A stretch of 64,000 nt of DNA, taken from Mycolicibacterium sp. Its GTDB lineage: Bacteria; Actinomycetota; Actinomycetes; Mycobacteriales; Mycobacteriaceae. The position numbers were made by a program, and so were the translations under genes. The DNA is taken from contig NZ_JAEMTA010000004.1 in assembly GCF_016462545.1 (NCBI RefSeq), forward strand, positions 3,125-67,124. Reading direction: 5' to 3'. The notes below the pieces were generated by a model. That model ran no database searches. It saw only the letters and a program-made list of their open reading frames with translations, and was not told the origin of the DNA. Positions 1 to 15,112 of the stretch are shown one piece after another. Position 1 is the first letter of the stretch. The number at the start of each line of letters is the position of its first letter.

Positions 1-711
1 CAAACCGTAGGTCGGGAAGTCCGGACCCTTGACGCGCTCGGTGACGGCGGCCAGCGTGGCCTCTTCGTCGGCCTCGAAGTTGTCCAGGCACCAGAAGACC
101 GCTTCGGACAGTTCGCGAAGGTTGTGCGGCGGCATGTTGGTCGCCATGCCGACGGCGATACCGCCCGAACCGTTGGCCAGCAGGTTGGGGAACCGGCTGG
201 GCAGGACGGTGGGCTCCTGCACCCGACCGTCGTAGTTCGGAATGAAATCGACTGTCTCCTCGTCGATTTCACGCAGCATCTCCATCGCCAGCGGCGTGAG
301 ACGGGCTTCGGTGTACCGCATGGCGGCCGGCGGGTCGTTGCCCGGAGAGCCGAAGTTACCCTGCCCGTCCACCAGTGGGTAGCGCAGCGACCACGGCTGC
401 GCCATTCGGACCAGGGTGTCGTAGATCGACGAGTCACCGTGCGGGTGGTAGTTCCCCATCGTCTCGGCAACGGAGCGTGCGGATTTCGCGTGTCCGCGGT
501 CGGGCCGGAAGCCCGAGTCGTACATCGCGTAGAGCACGCGGCGGTGCACCGGCTTCAGGCCGTCTCGCACCTCGGGGAGGGCACGGCCGACGATGACGCT
601 CATCGCGTAGTCGATGTAGCTGCGCTGCATCTCCTGCTGGATGTCGACCGGTTCGATACGGTCGGTGGTCACGCCGTCGTCGCCGCCGGGCGGCAGGGTG
701 GTGTCTGTCAT
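1..711 (-). CDS. gyrA: DNA gyrase subunit A, N-terminal 237 codons (gene runs off the left edge)
   Basis: Not in the ORF track (no stop in window). Manual minus-strand translation from ATG 711-709 gives [63 protein letters not shown]...GNYHPHGD...[10 protein letters not shown]. This is the canonical GyrA N-terminus with the catalytic Tyr motif. It lies directly downstream of gyrB. Confidence 0.95.
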   Translation of the reverse strand, partial: MTDTTLPPGGDDGVTTDRIEPVDIQQEMQRSYIDYAMSVIVGRALPEVRDGLKPVHRRVLYAMYDSGFRPDRGHAKSARSVAETMGNYHPHGDSSIYDTLVRMAQPWSLRYPLVDGQGNFGSPGNDPPAAMRYTEARLTPLAMEMLREIDEETVDFIPNYDGRVQEPTVLPSRFPNLLANGSGGIAVGMATNMPPHNLRELSEAVFWCLDNFEADEEATLAAVTERVKGPDFPTYGL

Positions 712-765
712 GTGCTCCTCGCTCTTCTATGAGCAGCTGGGAATGGATCGATGGGTCAATCGGCC

Positions 766-3598
<2,833 letters not shown>

Positions 3599-3602
<4 letters not shown>

Positions 3603-4759
3603 CCAGTCACCTCCGACACTCGACCGGAGTCGTCGTCGCGCATGCCGACCATCATCCGTCGGGCATCCCAGTCCGGCGGGATGTCCTCCGCGACCGCCGC
3701 CGTCACCAAGACCTGCTCCGCGGACTCCGCCACCTCGACGAGCGCACGCCGCCGCGAGTTGTCCAGCTCGGCGAAGACGTCGTCCAGCAGTAGCACGGGA
3801 TCGCTTCCCTCGGACCGAAGTAGTTCATACGCAGCAAGTCTCAGAGAGAGTGCCATCGACCACGACTCGCCATGGCTGGCGAAACCCTTGGCCGGTTGAT
3901 CACCGAGCCGCAACTCGAGATCGTCACGATGGGGCCCGACCAGGCACACCCCGCGCTCCAATTCGGCCGATCGCTTCCTGGCGAGCTCTTCGAGCAAGCC
4001 GACTTCGAACACCTCGATATTCGGCGAGCCGGTGGCGGCTTCGGATTCCACCGCCTCGACCGAACTGCGGTACCGAACCGACGCCGGCCGCGATGCCGGC
4101 GCCAACAGCTGGTAGGCCTTCTCCATCTCGGGGGCCACCATGTTGACGAGGTCGACGCGGGCGGCGATGAGCTTGGCACCGTGGATCGCGAGGTGACCAT
4201 CCCAGACATCGAGGGTCTCCAGGGCACTCGAATCCCCCCGAAATCGCGCACCCGCAGCACTTTTCAAAAGTGCTGAACGTTGGCGCAGCACCTTGTCGTA
4301 GTCGGCGCGAAGACCGCCGACCGACGGACGTCGGGTGGTGGCGAGCTCGTCGAGGTAGCGTCTGCGTTCGCTCGGGTCCCCACGGACCAGTGCCAGATCC
4401 TCCGGAGCGAAGAGCACCGCGCGCAACGCCCCCAGGATTTCGCGCGCACTCCGCACGGGGGAGCGGTTCAACCTGGCCTTGTTGGCGCGACCGGCGGTGA
4501 TCTCCAGGTCGACGGCCAACTCACGCCCTTCGTTCACGACGATCGTCGAGACGATCGCGCGCTCGGCCCCGGCACGTATCAGCGGCGCGTCAGTTCCCAC
4601 CCGATGAGAGCCCAGAGTCGACGAATACCAGAGTGCCTCAACGATATTCGTCTTACCGAAACCGTTCGGACCGACGAATACGGTGCGCCCCGGCTCCAGC
4701 TCCAGCTCCAATCGCGACCAGGAGCGGAAGTCGGTCAGGCCCACTTGCCGTACGTACAC
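3599..4759 (-). CDS. recF: DNA replication and repair protein RecF
   Basis: 386 aa. N-terminal Walker A ([17 protein letters not shown]), C-terminal signature and Walker B ([11 protein letters not shown]). GTG start at 4759. Conserved dnaN-recF-gyrB neighbourhood. Confidence 0.95.
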
Positions 4760-4796
4760 CTATCCGCTCCGAGTCACGTCATCGCCACACCACGGG

Positions 4797-5690
4797 TCAA
4801 CCAGATTCACTGATCCTCTGAACCGCATGGCCGCCGAACTGGTTGCGAAGGGCCGCGACCGCCTTCATCGTCGGCGAATCATCTTGTCGCGACAGGAATC
4901 TGGCGAACAACGACGCCGCAATGGCCGGCACGGGAACCCGCAGTCGGATGGCTTCCTCGACAGTCCAGCGGCCTTCACCCGAATCGTCGGTATAGCCCCT
5001 GATCTCGGCGAGCTGTGGATCTTCCTTCAACGCCTTGGCCAGAAGCGTCTGCAACCAGGACCTCACGACGGTGCCGTTGGTCCATGCCTGGTAGACGGCT
5101 TGCGGGCTCGTGATCAGGTCCTCGGCGGCCAGCATCTCGTAGCCCTCGCCGTAGGCGGTCATCATCGCGTACTCGACCCCGTTGTGCACCATCTTCGCGA
5201 AGTGACCGGCGCCTACCGGACCGGCGTGCACGAAGCCGTCCTCCTGGGGTCCGGGCGGGCGGAGGGTGTCGAAGATCGGCATGACCTTGGCGATGTCCTC
5301 GTCACTGCCGCCGACCATCAGGCCGTAACCCTCGGTGAGACCCCAGATGCCACCGGAGACGCCGGCGTCGACGAACCCGATTCCCTTCTCCGCCAACAAA
5401 GCTGCGTGCGGAGCGTCTTCGGTGTACCGCGAGTTGCCGCCGTCGATCACCAGGTCGCCGGCACTGAGCACCTTCGACAGGCCGACGATGGTGCTGTCGG
5501 TGACCTCGCCCGAGGGCACCATCACCCAGACCACACGCGGCGCGGTGAGCGCGGCCGCCAGACCAGCGAGGTCGGGGACGTCCGTGACCTCGGGTCGTGG
5601 ATCGTATCCGATGACCTCGTGTTCACCCTTGCGCAGGCGTTCACGCATGTTGAAGCCCATTTTGCCGAGACCGACCAGCCCGAGTTGCAT
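4797..5690 (-). CDS. gnd: 6-phosphogluconate dehydrogenase, short decarboxylating type (Gnd2/YqeC-like)
   Basis: 297 aa. Rossmann N-terminus MQLGLVGLGKMGFNM, and internal GGNS.. / GVSGG / HFAKMVHNGVEYAMM motifs typical of 6PGDH. Sits between dnaN and recF. Confidence 0.85.
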   Translation of the reverse strand: MQLGLVGLGKMGFNMRERLRKGEHEVIGYDPRPEVTDVPDLAGLAAALTAPRVVWVMVPSGEVTDSTIVGLSKVLSAGDLVIDGGNSRYTEDAPHAALLAEKGIGFVDAGVSGGIWGLTEGYGLMVGGSDEDIAKVMPIFDTLRPPGPQEDGFVHAGPVGAGHFAKMVHNGVEYAMMTAYGEGYEMLAAEDLITSPQAVYQAWTNGTVVRSWLQTLLAKALKEDPQLAEIRGYTDDSGEGRWTVEEAIRLRVPVPAIAASLFARFLSRQDDSPTMKAVAALRNQFGGHAVQRISESG

Positions 5691-5719
5691 GTGCGCCTCT
5701 TTCGTGGCGATAAGGCCGG

Positions 5720-6922
5720 TCAGCCCGGAAGCCGCACCGGCATCAACAGATACACGTAATCGGTCTGCCCGGCCGGGAAAGGACCGCTGGATCCGACATA
5801 CGCGTCATCATCATCACCCGCCGGCCGCAACACCGCGGGACGACTGGATGTCGTGAAGCCGAACGTCACCTTCGGTGAATGCAACGATCCGAGACCATCG
5901 GTGAGGTAGGTGGGGTTGAACGCGATGGTGAGGGGATCACCGGAGAACTGCACCGGAAGGTCCTCATCGGCACGCCCTACCGCATCCTCGCCACCGGCCG
6001 ACAGGCGGAGCGTGTCATCGGAGAACTCCATCCGCACCTGTGCGCCGCGGTCGGCGACCAAGGCGACGCGCTTGATGGCCTCGGTCAGTTCCGCGACACC
6101 GACGGTGGCCACCGCGGTGTGTTCCGCGGGCAGGAGTTGGCGGAACTTCGGGAATTCGGCGTCCAGGAGCCGGCTCGTCGTGCGCTTGCCGTTGCTCCGA
6201 ATGCCCAACAGCCCGTCCTTGCCGACGGATGCGCCCGAGCCGAGCGACAGGTGCACGTCGGCTCCGTCGGTGCCGGCCCGGGCTGCCTCGGCGAGGGTCT
6301 TCGCGGGAACGAGAACGGCGGCTTCGATGTCCGCGGAATCCGTCGACCAGGTCAGCTCGCGCACCGCCAGACGGAATCGGTCGGTTGCCGCCAGGACGAC
6401 CTTCTCACCGGAGATCTCCACGCGGATGCCGGTCAGCATCGGCAGCGTGTCGTCCCTGCCTGCGGCGACGGCCACCTGGCCGATGGCTTGTGCGAACAGA
6501 TCGGAGGCCACGACGCCCGTCTCGTCGGGCAGCGACGGCAGGGTCGGGTAATCCTCGACGGCCATCGTCGGGAGCGAGAAGCGGGCGCTGCCGCAGCTCA
6601 GTGACACGCGGGTGCCTTCGACGGTCACGTCGACCGGCTTGGCGGGCAGGGACTTCGTGATGTCCGAGAGAAGCCTTCCCGACACGAGAACGCTTCCCGG
6701 AGAAGCGATTTCAGCTGCCACGCGCACCTCGGCGGACACCTCGTAGTCGTAGCCCGAGATGGTCAGACCGTCGTCGGATCCGGTCAGCAGCACGCCCGAG
6801 AGAACCGGCACGGTGGGCCGGGTCGGAAGGATGCGGGCAACCCACGCCACGGCGTCGGCGAAGTCCTCGCGGACCAGGCGAAACTTTAGATCGGTACCAA
6901 GCGTCGTCGTCGCCACGTCCAC
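5720..6922 (-). CDS. dnaN: DNA polymerase III beta sliding clamp
   Basis: Track ORF 5720..6958. The sequence ...[54 protein letters not shown]...[12 protein letters not shown] is clamp-like end to end. Start re-picked at GTG 6922 (GAAGGGGA 6 nt upstream). Alternative starts are 6958 or 6916. Confidence 0.95.
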   Translation of the reverse strand: MDVATTTLGTDLKFRLVREDFADAVAWVARILPTRPTVPVLSGVLLTGSDDGLTISGYDYEVSAEVRVAAEIASPGSVLVSGRLLSDITKSLPAKPVDVTVEGTRVSLSCGSARFSLPTMAVEDYPTLPSLPDETGVVASDLFAQAIGQVAVAAGRDDTLPMLTGIRVEISGEKVVLAATDRFRLAVRELTWSTDSADIEAAVLVPAKTLAEAARAGTDGADVHLSLGSGASVGKDGLLGIRSNGKRTTSRLLDAEFPKFRQLLPAEHTAVATVGVAELTEAIKRVALVADRGAQVRMEFSDDTLRLSAGGEDAVGRADEDLPVQFSGDPLTIAFNPTYLTDGLGSLHSPKVTFGFTTSSRPAVLRPAGDDDDAYVGSSGPFPAGQTDYVYLLMPVRLPG

Positions 6923-6958
6923 AAGTGTCCCCTTCAGTGAAACCCCAGCTATAAGCAC

Positions 6959-7483
6959 TAGCAGCGGATCTACGGGTGTCTCACGGACGTGTCACCAGGC
7001 TGCGTTTCGACGACCGTTCCGGTTGTCGAAGACCCACCGTAGAGCCTTCTGCGTCAACTTGAAAGCTAATCGATGGGAGTGACGAGCGTCCTGTGAGGCC
7101 CACGTTCGGGACGGTCAACAGGGCGCGTTCCCCAGGTGCTTCTTTTAGAAGAGATAACTGATGAATAGATGAGTAACAGTAATAGGTGCTGTGGAAGCTG
7201 TGGATGGAAGTCCACCTTGGCTGGTGGGGTGTGGTGCGCGCTCGTGGGCTACTCGTGGACGGGTGATGCGTGTCATTCGGCGATCTGTGGACGGGCGGCC
7301 GGTGTGTGGACGGACGCAACGATGACGGACGCTTCGTCCACGGATTGTGCACGAGTAGTCCACGAGGCCGCGGTGTGACTGGTGAGGCGGCAGGGTCACG
7401 AGTTCTTTCGAAATTTCGGGCAGCGCGGCGCCGTCCGTCGTTCGAGTGGGGATGGTGCAGAGGGGATGCGGGGGAGATTCGGA
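6959..7483. other. Chromosomal replication origin oriC (dnaA-dnaN intergenic region) with DnaA boxes and an AT-rich unwinding element
   Basis: 525-bp non-coding gap. AT-rich tract at 7141-7190. At least nine TCCACA/TGTGGA cores, e.g. 7190-7198, 7199-7207, 7286-7294, 7305-7313, 7345-7353, 7356-7364. This is the position mycobacterial oriC is known to occupy. Confidence 0.85.
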
Positions 7484-8974
7484 TCAGCGCTTGGAGCGCT
7501 GGCGGATCCTGGTCGTGAGTTCCTTGACGTGATCGAAGACCTCGCGACGCTGGGCCATCTCGCCGCGTATCTTGCGCTCCGCGTACATCACCGTGGTGTG
7601 GTCGCGGCCGAACGCCTGACCGATCTTCGGCAGCGACAGATCAGTGAGTTCACGGCACAGGTACATCGCGATCTGGCGCGACTGAGCGAGCGCCCTGGTC
7701 TTGCCGGGGCCGCGGAGCTCCTCGATGGTGGTTTCGAAGTACTCGGCCGTGGCGGCCATGATCGTCGAGATGGCGATCTGCATCGTGCTCGCATCCGAAA
7801 TGAGATCGCGGAGAACGATTTCGGCGAGGGACTTGTCGATGGCCGCCTTGTTCAGCGACGCAAAGGCCGTCACGCGGATGAGAGCGCCCTCGAGTTCGCG
7901 GATGTTGCGCTCGATGCTGCTGGCGATCAGTTCCAACACGTCGTCGGGGACGTCCAGTCGGTCCATCTGCGCCTTCTTGCGGAGGATCGCGATGCGCGTC
8001 TCCAGTTCCGGCGGCTGGACGTCGGTGATGAGACCCCATTCGAAGCGGGTTCGCAGCCGGTCTTCCAACGTCGCGAGCTGCTTGGGCGGCCGGTCGGAGG
8101 AGATCACGATCTGCTTGTTCGCGTTGTGCAGCGTGTTGAAGGTGTGGAAGAACTCCTCCTGGATGCCTTCCTTGCCTTCGATGAACTGGATGTCGTCGAC
8201 CAACAGCACGTCGATGTCGCGGTAGCTCCGTTTGAAGGAGGCCTTGCGGTCATCGCGCAGTGAGTTGATGAAGTCGTTCGTGAACTCCTCGGTCGAGACG
8301 TACTTCACCCGCATGCCCGGAAAGAGCCGCTGGGCGTAGTTTCCCGCCGCATGGAGAAGGTGCGTCTTGCCGAGACCGGACTCGCCCCAGATGAACAGGG
8401 GGTTGTAGGCGCGGGCCGGCGCCTCGGCGATGGCCAGGGTCGCGGCATGGGCGAAGCGGTTGGAGGCGCCGATGACGAACGTGTCGAACGTGTACCGGCG
8501 ATTGAGGCTCACGTCATTGGTGGCGGAGTTCTGCGCGCGGTTGGTGAAGTAGTTCGGCCAACTCTCCTCGGCACTGGCGAGGGCTTCCTTGTCGTCGTCG
8601 ACTTCGTCGGCGTCATGCAGAGCGTCGGCCCGAATCTCGTCGTCACGGGAGGAATCGGGCTCGGGAGTGGCGATGCGAACACCCAGCTCGACCCGCTGTC
8701 CAAGCCGACGGCTGAGACTGGAGACGATGGGCTCGCGTAGGTGTCGCTCGATCTCGTTCTGCACGAACGGCGTGGGAACCGACAAGAGGGCAAACCCCTC
8801 GGCGAGCACCAGCGGCTTGACGAGCTTCAGCCATGCCCTTTGCTGCGGGGTGAGGATCGGGGCCGTGAAGTCGGGTGCGATGCCCGTGGCCGGGTCGGGT
8901 GCCATGTCACCGTTGAGTTCGGCAACGACGTCGTTCCATATTGCGACGAACGGCGGGTCGGCGTCTGCTGTCAA
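7484..8974 (-). CDS. dnaA: Chromosomal replication initiator protein DnaA
   Basis: 496 aa. AAA+ Walker A ([13 protein letters not shown]), box VII, and the C-terminal DNA-binding helix ([12 protein letters not shown]). TTG start at 8974 with GAGGGGGAA upstream. Confidence 0.97.
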   Translation of the reverse strand: MTADADPPFVAIWNDVVAELNGDMAPDPATGIAPDFTAPILTPQQRAWLKLVKPLVLAEGFALLSVPTPFVQNEIERHLREPIVSSLSRRLGQRVELGVRIATPEPDSSRDDEIRADALHDADEVDDDKEALASAEESWPNYFTNRAQNSATNDVSLNRRYTFDTFVIGASNRFAHAATLAIAEAPARAYNPLFIWGESGLGKTHLLHAAGNYAQRLFPGMRVKYVSTEEFTNDFINSLRDDRKASFKRSYRDIDVLLVDDIQFIEGKEGIQEEFFHTFNTLHNANKQIVISSDRPPKQLATLEDRLRTRFEWGLITDVQPPELETRIAILRKKAQMDRLDVPDDVLELIASSIERNIRELEGALIRVTAFASLNKAAIDKSLAEIVLRDLISDASTMQIAISTIMAATAEYFETTIEELRGPGKTRALAQSRQIAMYLCRELTDLSLPKIGQAFGRDHTTVMYAERKIRGEMAQRREVFDHVKELTTRIRQRSKR

Positions 8975-9030
8975 CGGAGACGTTCCCCCTCGTGGCCAGA
9001 CAGGGTTGGCCGAATAGACAAAGCACGGAT

Positions 9031-9061
9031 GTCCACATGGTTATCCACAGTTTGTGGATAA
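9031..9061. promoter_or_regulatory. DnaA-box triplet in the dnaA/rpmH divergent promoter region
   Basis: GTCCACA (9031-9037). TTATCCACA (9041-9049) and its exact inverse TGTGGATAA (9053-9061) are separated by 3 nt. The site lies 57-87 nt upstream of the dnaA start. Confidence 0.7.
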
Positions 9062-9535
9062 CCGACACCCGTCATTGTGTCGTAGCGTACTGGCGTGGAG
9101 GCAGCGGTCCCGGGGCTCGTCACGGGGGTCGAGTTCACCGTGGGCTCGCGGTCGCGCGGCCGTCCTCACTTCTTCGTCAAGCGCCTTCTCGTCTGAGTTG
9201 GCCTTGGCAGAAGCTAACAGGTTTATTGCCGGGTGCCAACAGTTCTGCAACATTGACGGAGGCTTCCCGGAGGTCCGGTGTCCAATGGTGACTGGTGTGA
9301 AGAAAGTGGCGAATCAGTCACCGGGAGAAGCAGGTTTGACCTAGGGAAATCTCGTCAGTACCCTCGAACAGTCGCCCGAAAGAGGCGATACGGCTGCGAC
9401 TCGGATCCTCGGGTTCACGCGCCGGGGCTAGCAAGCGAGACGAACGAAGCGTACGTACCGCGGCTGCTTCCAGACGGACATGACATCTTTCATGTGCGCG
9501 AGGGGGGTGGGCGCAATTATTGAGGAGATACAGCC

Positions 9536-9679
9536 GTGGCCAAGGGCAAGCGGACCTTTCAGCCGAACAACCGGCGTCGTGCCAAGGTGCACGGTTTTCG
9601 GCTGCGGATGCGGACGCGCGCAGGCCGCGCCATCGTGTCGGGCCGGCGCAGCAAGGGCCGTCGCTCTCTCACTGCGTGA
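9536..9679 (+). CDS. rpmH: 50S ribosomal protein L34
   Basis: Too short for the ORF track. Manual translation from GTG 9536 (GAGGAG upstream) gives [47 protein letters not shown], stop at 9677-9679. Confidence 0.92.
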   Translation: MAKGKRTFQPNNRRRAKVHGFRLRMRTRAGRAIVSGRRSKGRRSLTA

Positions 9680-9700
9680 TTAGACGCAGGATTTAGCGCG

Positions 9701-10060
9701 GTGCTTCCGGCCCAGTACCGGATGACGCGATCGGCTGACTTCGACCTCACCGTCCGTCGTGGGGTACGAGCAGCGCAACCCGACCTAGTCGTGCATGCCT
9801 TGACTTCCCCCGGGGGCGCGTCTGACGCCCCGAAGATCGGTCTCGTCGTCTCGAAGTCCGTGGGAACGGCGGTGCAACGGCATCGTGTGTCGCGGATGCT
9901 ACGACACGTCGCCCGCGAGGTGATCGCCGACCTGGGGCCAGGTGACAAAGTGGTGATCCGAGCGTTGCCCGGAAGCAGTCGTGCCATCTCGGCCCGGCTG
10001 GAGCAGGAGCTGCGGACTGCGCTGCGGCGAACGAACGCCCATTCCGGAGCCCGACGATGA
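9701..10060 (+). CDS. rnpA: Ribonuclease P protein component
   Basis: 119 aa, basic. Conserved position after rpmH. Contains an RNase P protein-like core ([23 protein letters not shown]). Confidence 0.9.
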   Translation: MLPAQYRMTRSADFDLTVRRGVRAAQPDLVVHALTSPGGASDAPKIGLVVSKSVGTAVQRHRVSRMLRHVAREVIADLGPGDKVVIRALPGSSRAISARLEQELRTALRRTNAHSGARR

Positions 10061-10365
10061 AGCGCGGTGGGCTGGCACGCGGTGTCATCCACGTCATCGA
10101 GTTGTACCGCACGATGATCTCCCCGCTACGCCCACCGTGCTGCCGGTTCACGCCGACGTGCAGTGAGTACGCCGTCGATGCGCTTCGAGAGTTTGGGGTA
10201 GTCCGGGGGAGTTGGTTGTCCTTGGTGCGCCTGGCCAAGTGTGGGCCGTGGCACCGAGGTGGATGGGATCCGATTCCGGAGCGACGCGAGATGGGTTCTC
10301 GCCTGCGGGCGAAGTCCGGCGCGGTTGTGGATGGCGCGACGCTGAGGAGCGATTCGTTTGTTTAA
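10057..10365 (+). CDS. yidD: Membrane protein insertion efficiency factor YidD
   Basis: 102 aa with the YidD signature [31 protein letters not shown]...RL.KCGPWH.GG.DP. ATGA overlap with rnpA. Confidence 0.88.
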   Translation: MKRGGLARGVIHVIELYRTMISPLRPPCCRFTPTCSEYAVDALREFGVVRGSWLSLVRLAKCGPWHRGGWDPIPERREMGSRLRAKSGAVVDGATLRSDSFV

Positions 10366-11503
10366 CTGGTTCAGTCTCGACATCATCTACTACCCGGTCT
10401 CCGCGATCATGTGGGTCTGGTACAAGGCGTTCGCCTTCGTCCTCGGCCCGGACAACTTCTTCGCGTGGGGCCTGACGGTGATGTTCCTGGTCTTCACGTT
10501 GCGCGCGATTCTGTACAAGCCGTTCGTCCGGCAGATCCGCACCACCCGCCAGATGCAGGAGCTGCAGCCTCAGATCAAGGCCCTGCAGAAGAAGTACGGC
10601 AAGGACCGTCAGCGGATGGCGCTCGAGATGCAGAAGCTGCAGAAGGAGCACGGGTTCAACCCGATCCTCGGCTGCCTTCCGATGCTCGCGCAGATCCCGG
10701 TGTTCATCGGTCTCTATCACGTGCTGAACTCCTTCAACCGGACGCAGACCGGTTTCGGCCGGCTCGGTCTGACGGTCGAGGAGAACCGCTCGCTGGGCAA
10801 CTACGTGTTCAGCGCGACGGACGTCGGGCACTTTCTCGATGCACATCTATTCGGAGCGCCACTCGGTGCCTCGATGATCCAGACGGTCGGACTCGGTGCC
10901 TTCGAGGAGTTCAACCGCGCCGCAGTGATTGCGGTCGGTGTGCCATTGATGATCCTGGCCGGTGTCGCGACCCACTTCAACAGCCGCGCATCGGTGGCGC
11001 GGCAGAGCATCGAAGCTGCGGCCAACCCGCAGACCGCGATGATGAACAAGTTGGCGCTGTACGTCTTTCCACTCGGCGTCGTCGTCGGCGGGCCGTTCCT
11101 ACCGCTGGCCGTCATCTTGTACTGGGTGGCCAACAACATCTGGACCTACGGCCAGCAGCACTACGTGTTCGGCCGGATCGAGAAGGAAGAGGAACTGAAG
11201 AAGGAGGAGGAGTTGGCGCGCCGCGCGTCCAATGCCCCCGCCCCCGGTTCCAAGCCCAAGGTGAAGCGCAAGAGGCCGCCCGCCAACGCGACTGCCGCCG
11301 AGAAGGCACGGGCGGCTGCCACCGACGTGACCGAGGACGGCGCCGTGCGGGATGACGTCTCGCCGGACGCGGTGTCGAAGCCGCTCCTCGACTCGAGTTC
11401 GGCGTCGACGTCCAACGGGAAGCCGACCGCGTCGAAGGCAGGCAGCGGCGCGAACCGAGCGCCGCGCCGTACCAACAATCGCCCCAAGAAGCGAAGGCCC
11501 TGA
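10358..11503 (+). CDS. yidC: Membrane protein insertase YidC
   Basis: 381 aa. Conserved YidC core ([69 protein letters not shown]) plus a basic C-tail. TTG start. Confidence 0.93.
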   Translation: MFNWFSLDIIYYPVSAIMWVWYKAFAFVLGPDNFFAWGLTVMFLVFTLRAILYKPFVRQIRTTRQMQELQPQIKALQKKYGKDRQRMALEMQKLQKEHGFNPILGCLPMLAQIPVFIGLYHVLNSFNRTQTGFGRLGLTVEENRSLGNYVFSATDVGHFLDAHLFGAPLGASMIQTVGLGAFEEFNRAAVIAVGVPLMILAGVATHFNSRASVARQSIEAAANPQTAMMNKLALYVFPLGVVVGGPFLPLAVILYWVANNIWTYGQQHYVFGRIEKEEELKKEEELARRASNAPAPGSKPKVKRKRPPANATAAEKARAAATDVTEDGAVRDDVSPDAVSKPLLDSSSASTSNGKPTASKAGSGANRAPRRTNNRPKKRRP

Positions 11504-11572
11504 GAAGTCCCCGATTCATGCCGGCCCGCCGTGGCTGCTGATCGCTGAGAACGCAAGGAAGTAAGGACGAAG

Positions 11573-12100
11573 ATGACTGACGCCGATACGACGGAACGTA
11601 CCGAGGTCGAGGGCGCTGCGCCCAAGAGCGAGGATTTGGAAGACCGCTTGGTCGCTGAAGGTGAGATCGCCGGCGACTACCTCGAGGAGCTCCTGGACCT
11701 CCTGGACTTCGATGGGGATATCGACCTCGACGTCGAGGGTGACCGTGCGGTGGTGAGCATCGACGGCGGGAGCGATCTCGCCAAGCTCGTCGGCCGCAAG
11801 GGCGAGGTCCTCGACGCGCTCCAGGAGTTGACCCGACTCGCGGTGCATCAGAAGACGGGCGAGCGCAGCCGTCTCATGTTGGACGTTGCGCACTGGCGCC
11901 GTGGCCGTCGTGACGAGCTGGCTGCGTTGGGCGACAAGATTGCCCGTCGCGTGCTCGCGAGCGGGGAGCGCGAAGAGCTCGCGCCGATGACCCCGTTCGA
12001 GCGGAAGATCGTCCACGACGCGGTGTCGGCGGTCGACGGCGTCCGTAGTGAGAGTGAAGGCGCCGAACCATCGCGTCGTGTCGTCGTCCTTCCCGCCTAA
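11573..12100 (+). CDS. jag: Jag/KhpB-type RNA-binding protein (KH + R3H domains)
   Basis: 175 aa. Acidic N-terminus, a KH-like GRKGEVLDALQ motif and an R3H-like C-terminus (ERKIVHDAV). Conserved yidC-jag-rsmG order. Confidence 0.85.
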   Translation: MTDADTTERTEVEGAAPKSEDLEDRLVAEGEIAGDYLEELLDLLDFDGDIDLDVEGDRAVVSIDGGSDLAKLVGRKGEVLDALQELTRLAVHQKTGERSRLMLDVAHWRRGRRDELAALGDKIARRVLASGEREELAPMTPFERKIVHDAVSAVDGVRSESEGAEPSRRVVVLPA

Positions 12101-13907
<1,807 letters not shown>

Positions 13908-13911
<4 letters not shown>

Positions 13912-14894
13912 CTCCGCCTCCCAAGCGCACCGGACTCGGCCGCGGACTCGCCTCCTTGATTCCGACGGGCCCGGGCGACGGCACGGGCAACAACAGCCCC
14001 GCGATGGGCGACGCCGCGGCCGACGTCATGTACGGCGGAGCACCGAAGGCACCAGCCGAACCCGTCGGCGATGTCGGTGCGGTGTACCGCGAGATCGACC
14101 CGGCGTTGATCGAGCCGAACCCGAAGCAGCCACGGCAAGTGTTCGACGGCGAGGCCCTCGCCGAACTCGTCCACTCGATTCGCGAGTTCGGCTTGATGCA
14201 ACCGATCGTCGTACGCGCGCTCGACGCAGCCGGCGACAAGCCGCGCTACCAACTGGTGATGGGGGAGCGGCGTTGGCGCGCCGCGCAGGAGGCCGGACTC
14301 GAGGCGATCCCGGCGATAGTGCGGGAGACGGCCGACGAGAGCATGCTCCGCGACGCGTTGTTGGAGAACATCCATCGCGCGCAGCTGAACCCGTTGGAAG
14401 AGGCGGCGGCGTATCAGCAGCTGCTCGACGAGTTCGGCGTCACGCACGAGGAACTCGCGGTGCGCATTGGACGGTCCCGTCCGGTGATCACCAACATGAT
14501 CCGGCTGATGCGTCTGCCGATCCCCGTTCAGCGCCGCGTCGCAGCGGGCGTGCTGTCGGCTGGACACGCCCGCGCACTCCTGGCGTTGGAAGCCGGGGCC
14601 GACAAGCAGGAGGAGTTGGCAGCCCGGATCGTCGCGGAGGGCCTCTCGGTCCGCGCAACGGAGGAGGCCGTCACCCTGGCGAACCGCGACGGTGGGCACG
14701 AGCCGTCTCCCGCTCAACGGCGCAAGCCGATTCAGATGCCGGGACTTCAGGATGTTGCTGAGCGGCTGTCGTCGGCGTTCGATACCCGCGTCACGGTCAG
14801 CCTTGGCAAACGCAAGGGCAAGATAGTCGTCGAGTTCGGGTCCGTCGACGACCTCCAACGCATAGTCGACCTCATGAACGCTGCGAAGGCATGA
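13908..14894 (+). CDS. parB: Chromosome partitioning protein ParB (Spo0J)
   Basis: 328 aa. ParB box ([11 protein letters not shown]), the N-terminal arginine patch LMQPIVVR...[12 protein letters not shown], and an HTH. ATGA overlap with parA. Confidence 0.95.
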
Positions 14895-15112
14895 CCGGTC
14901 CATAGCGGGAGTTACGTCACTGTGACACGACGAGTCGCCCGAGCCGTTGTCGTCGCCACCCAGAGGAGCTAAGCCCTTGTCTAGCAACGTGATTCGCGTG
15001 AGACGGGAGCTGGCGTGATGTTCCGACCCGAATGTGAGCCCCGCGCGTCGCACGCTCCTATCCTGAAGTGGCGGCCACGGTCGCCAGGCCGATCAGAAAC
15101 GCGGAGAGTCTA

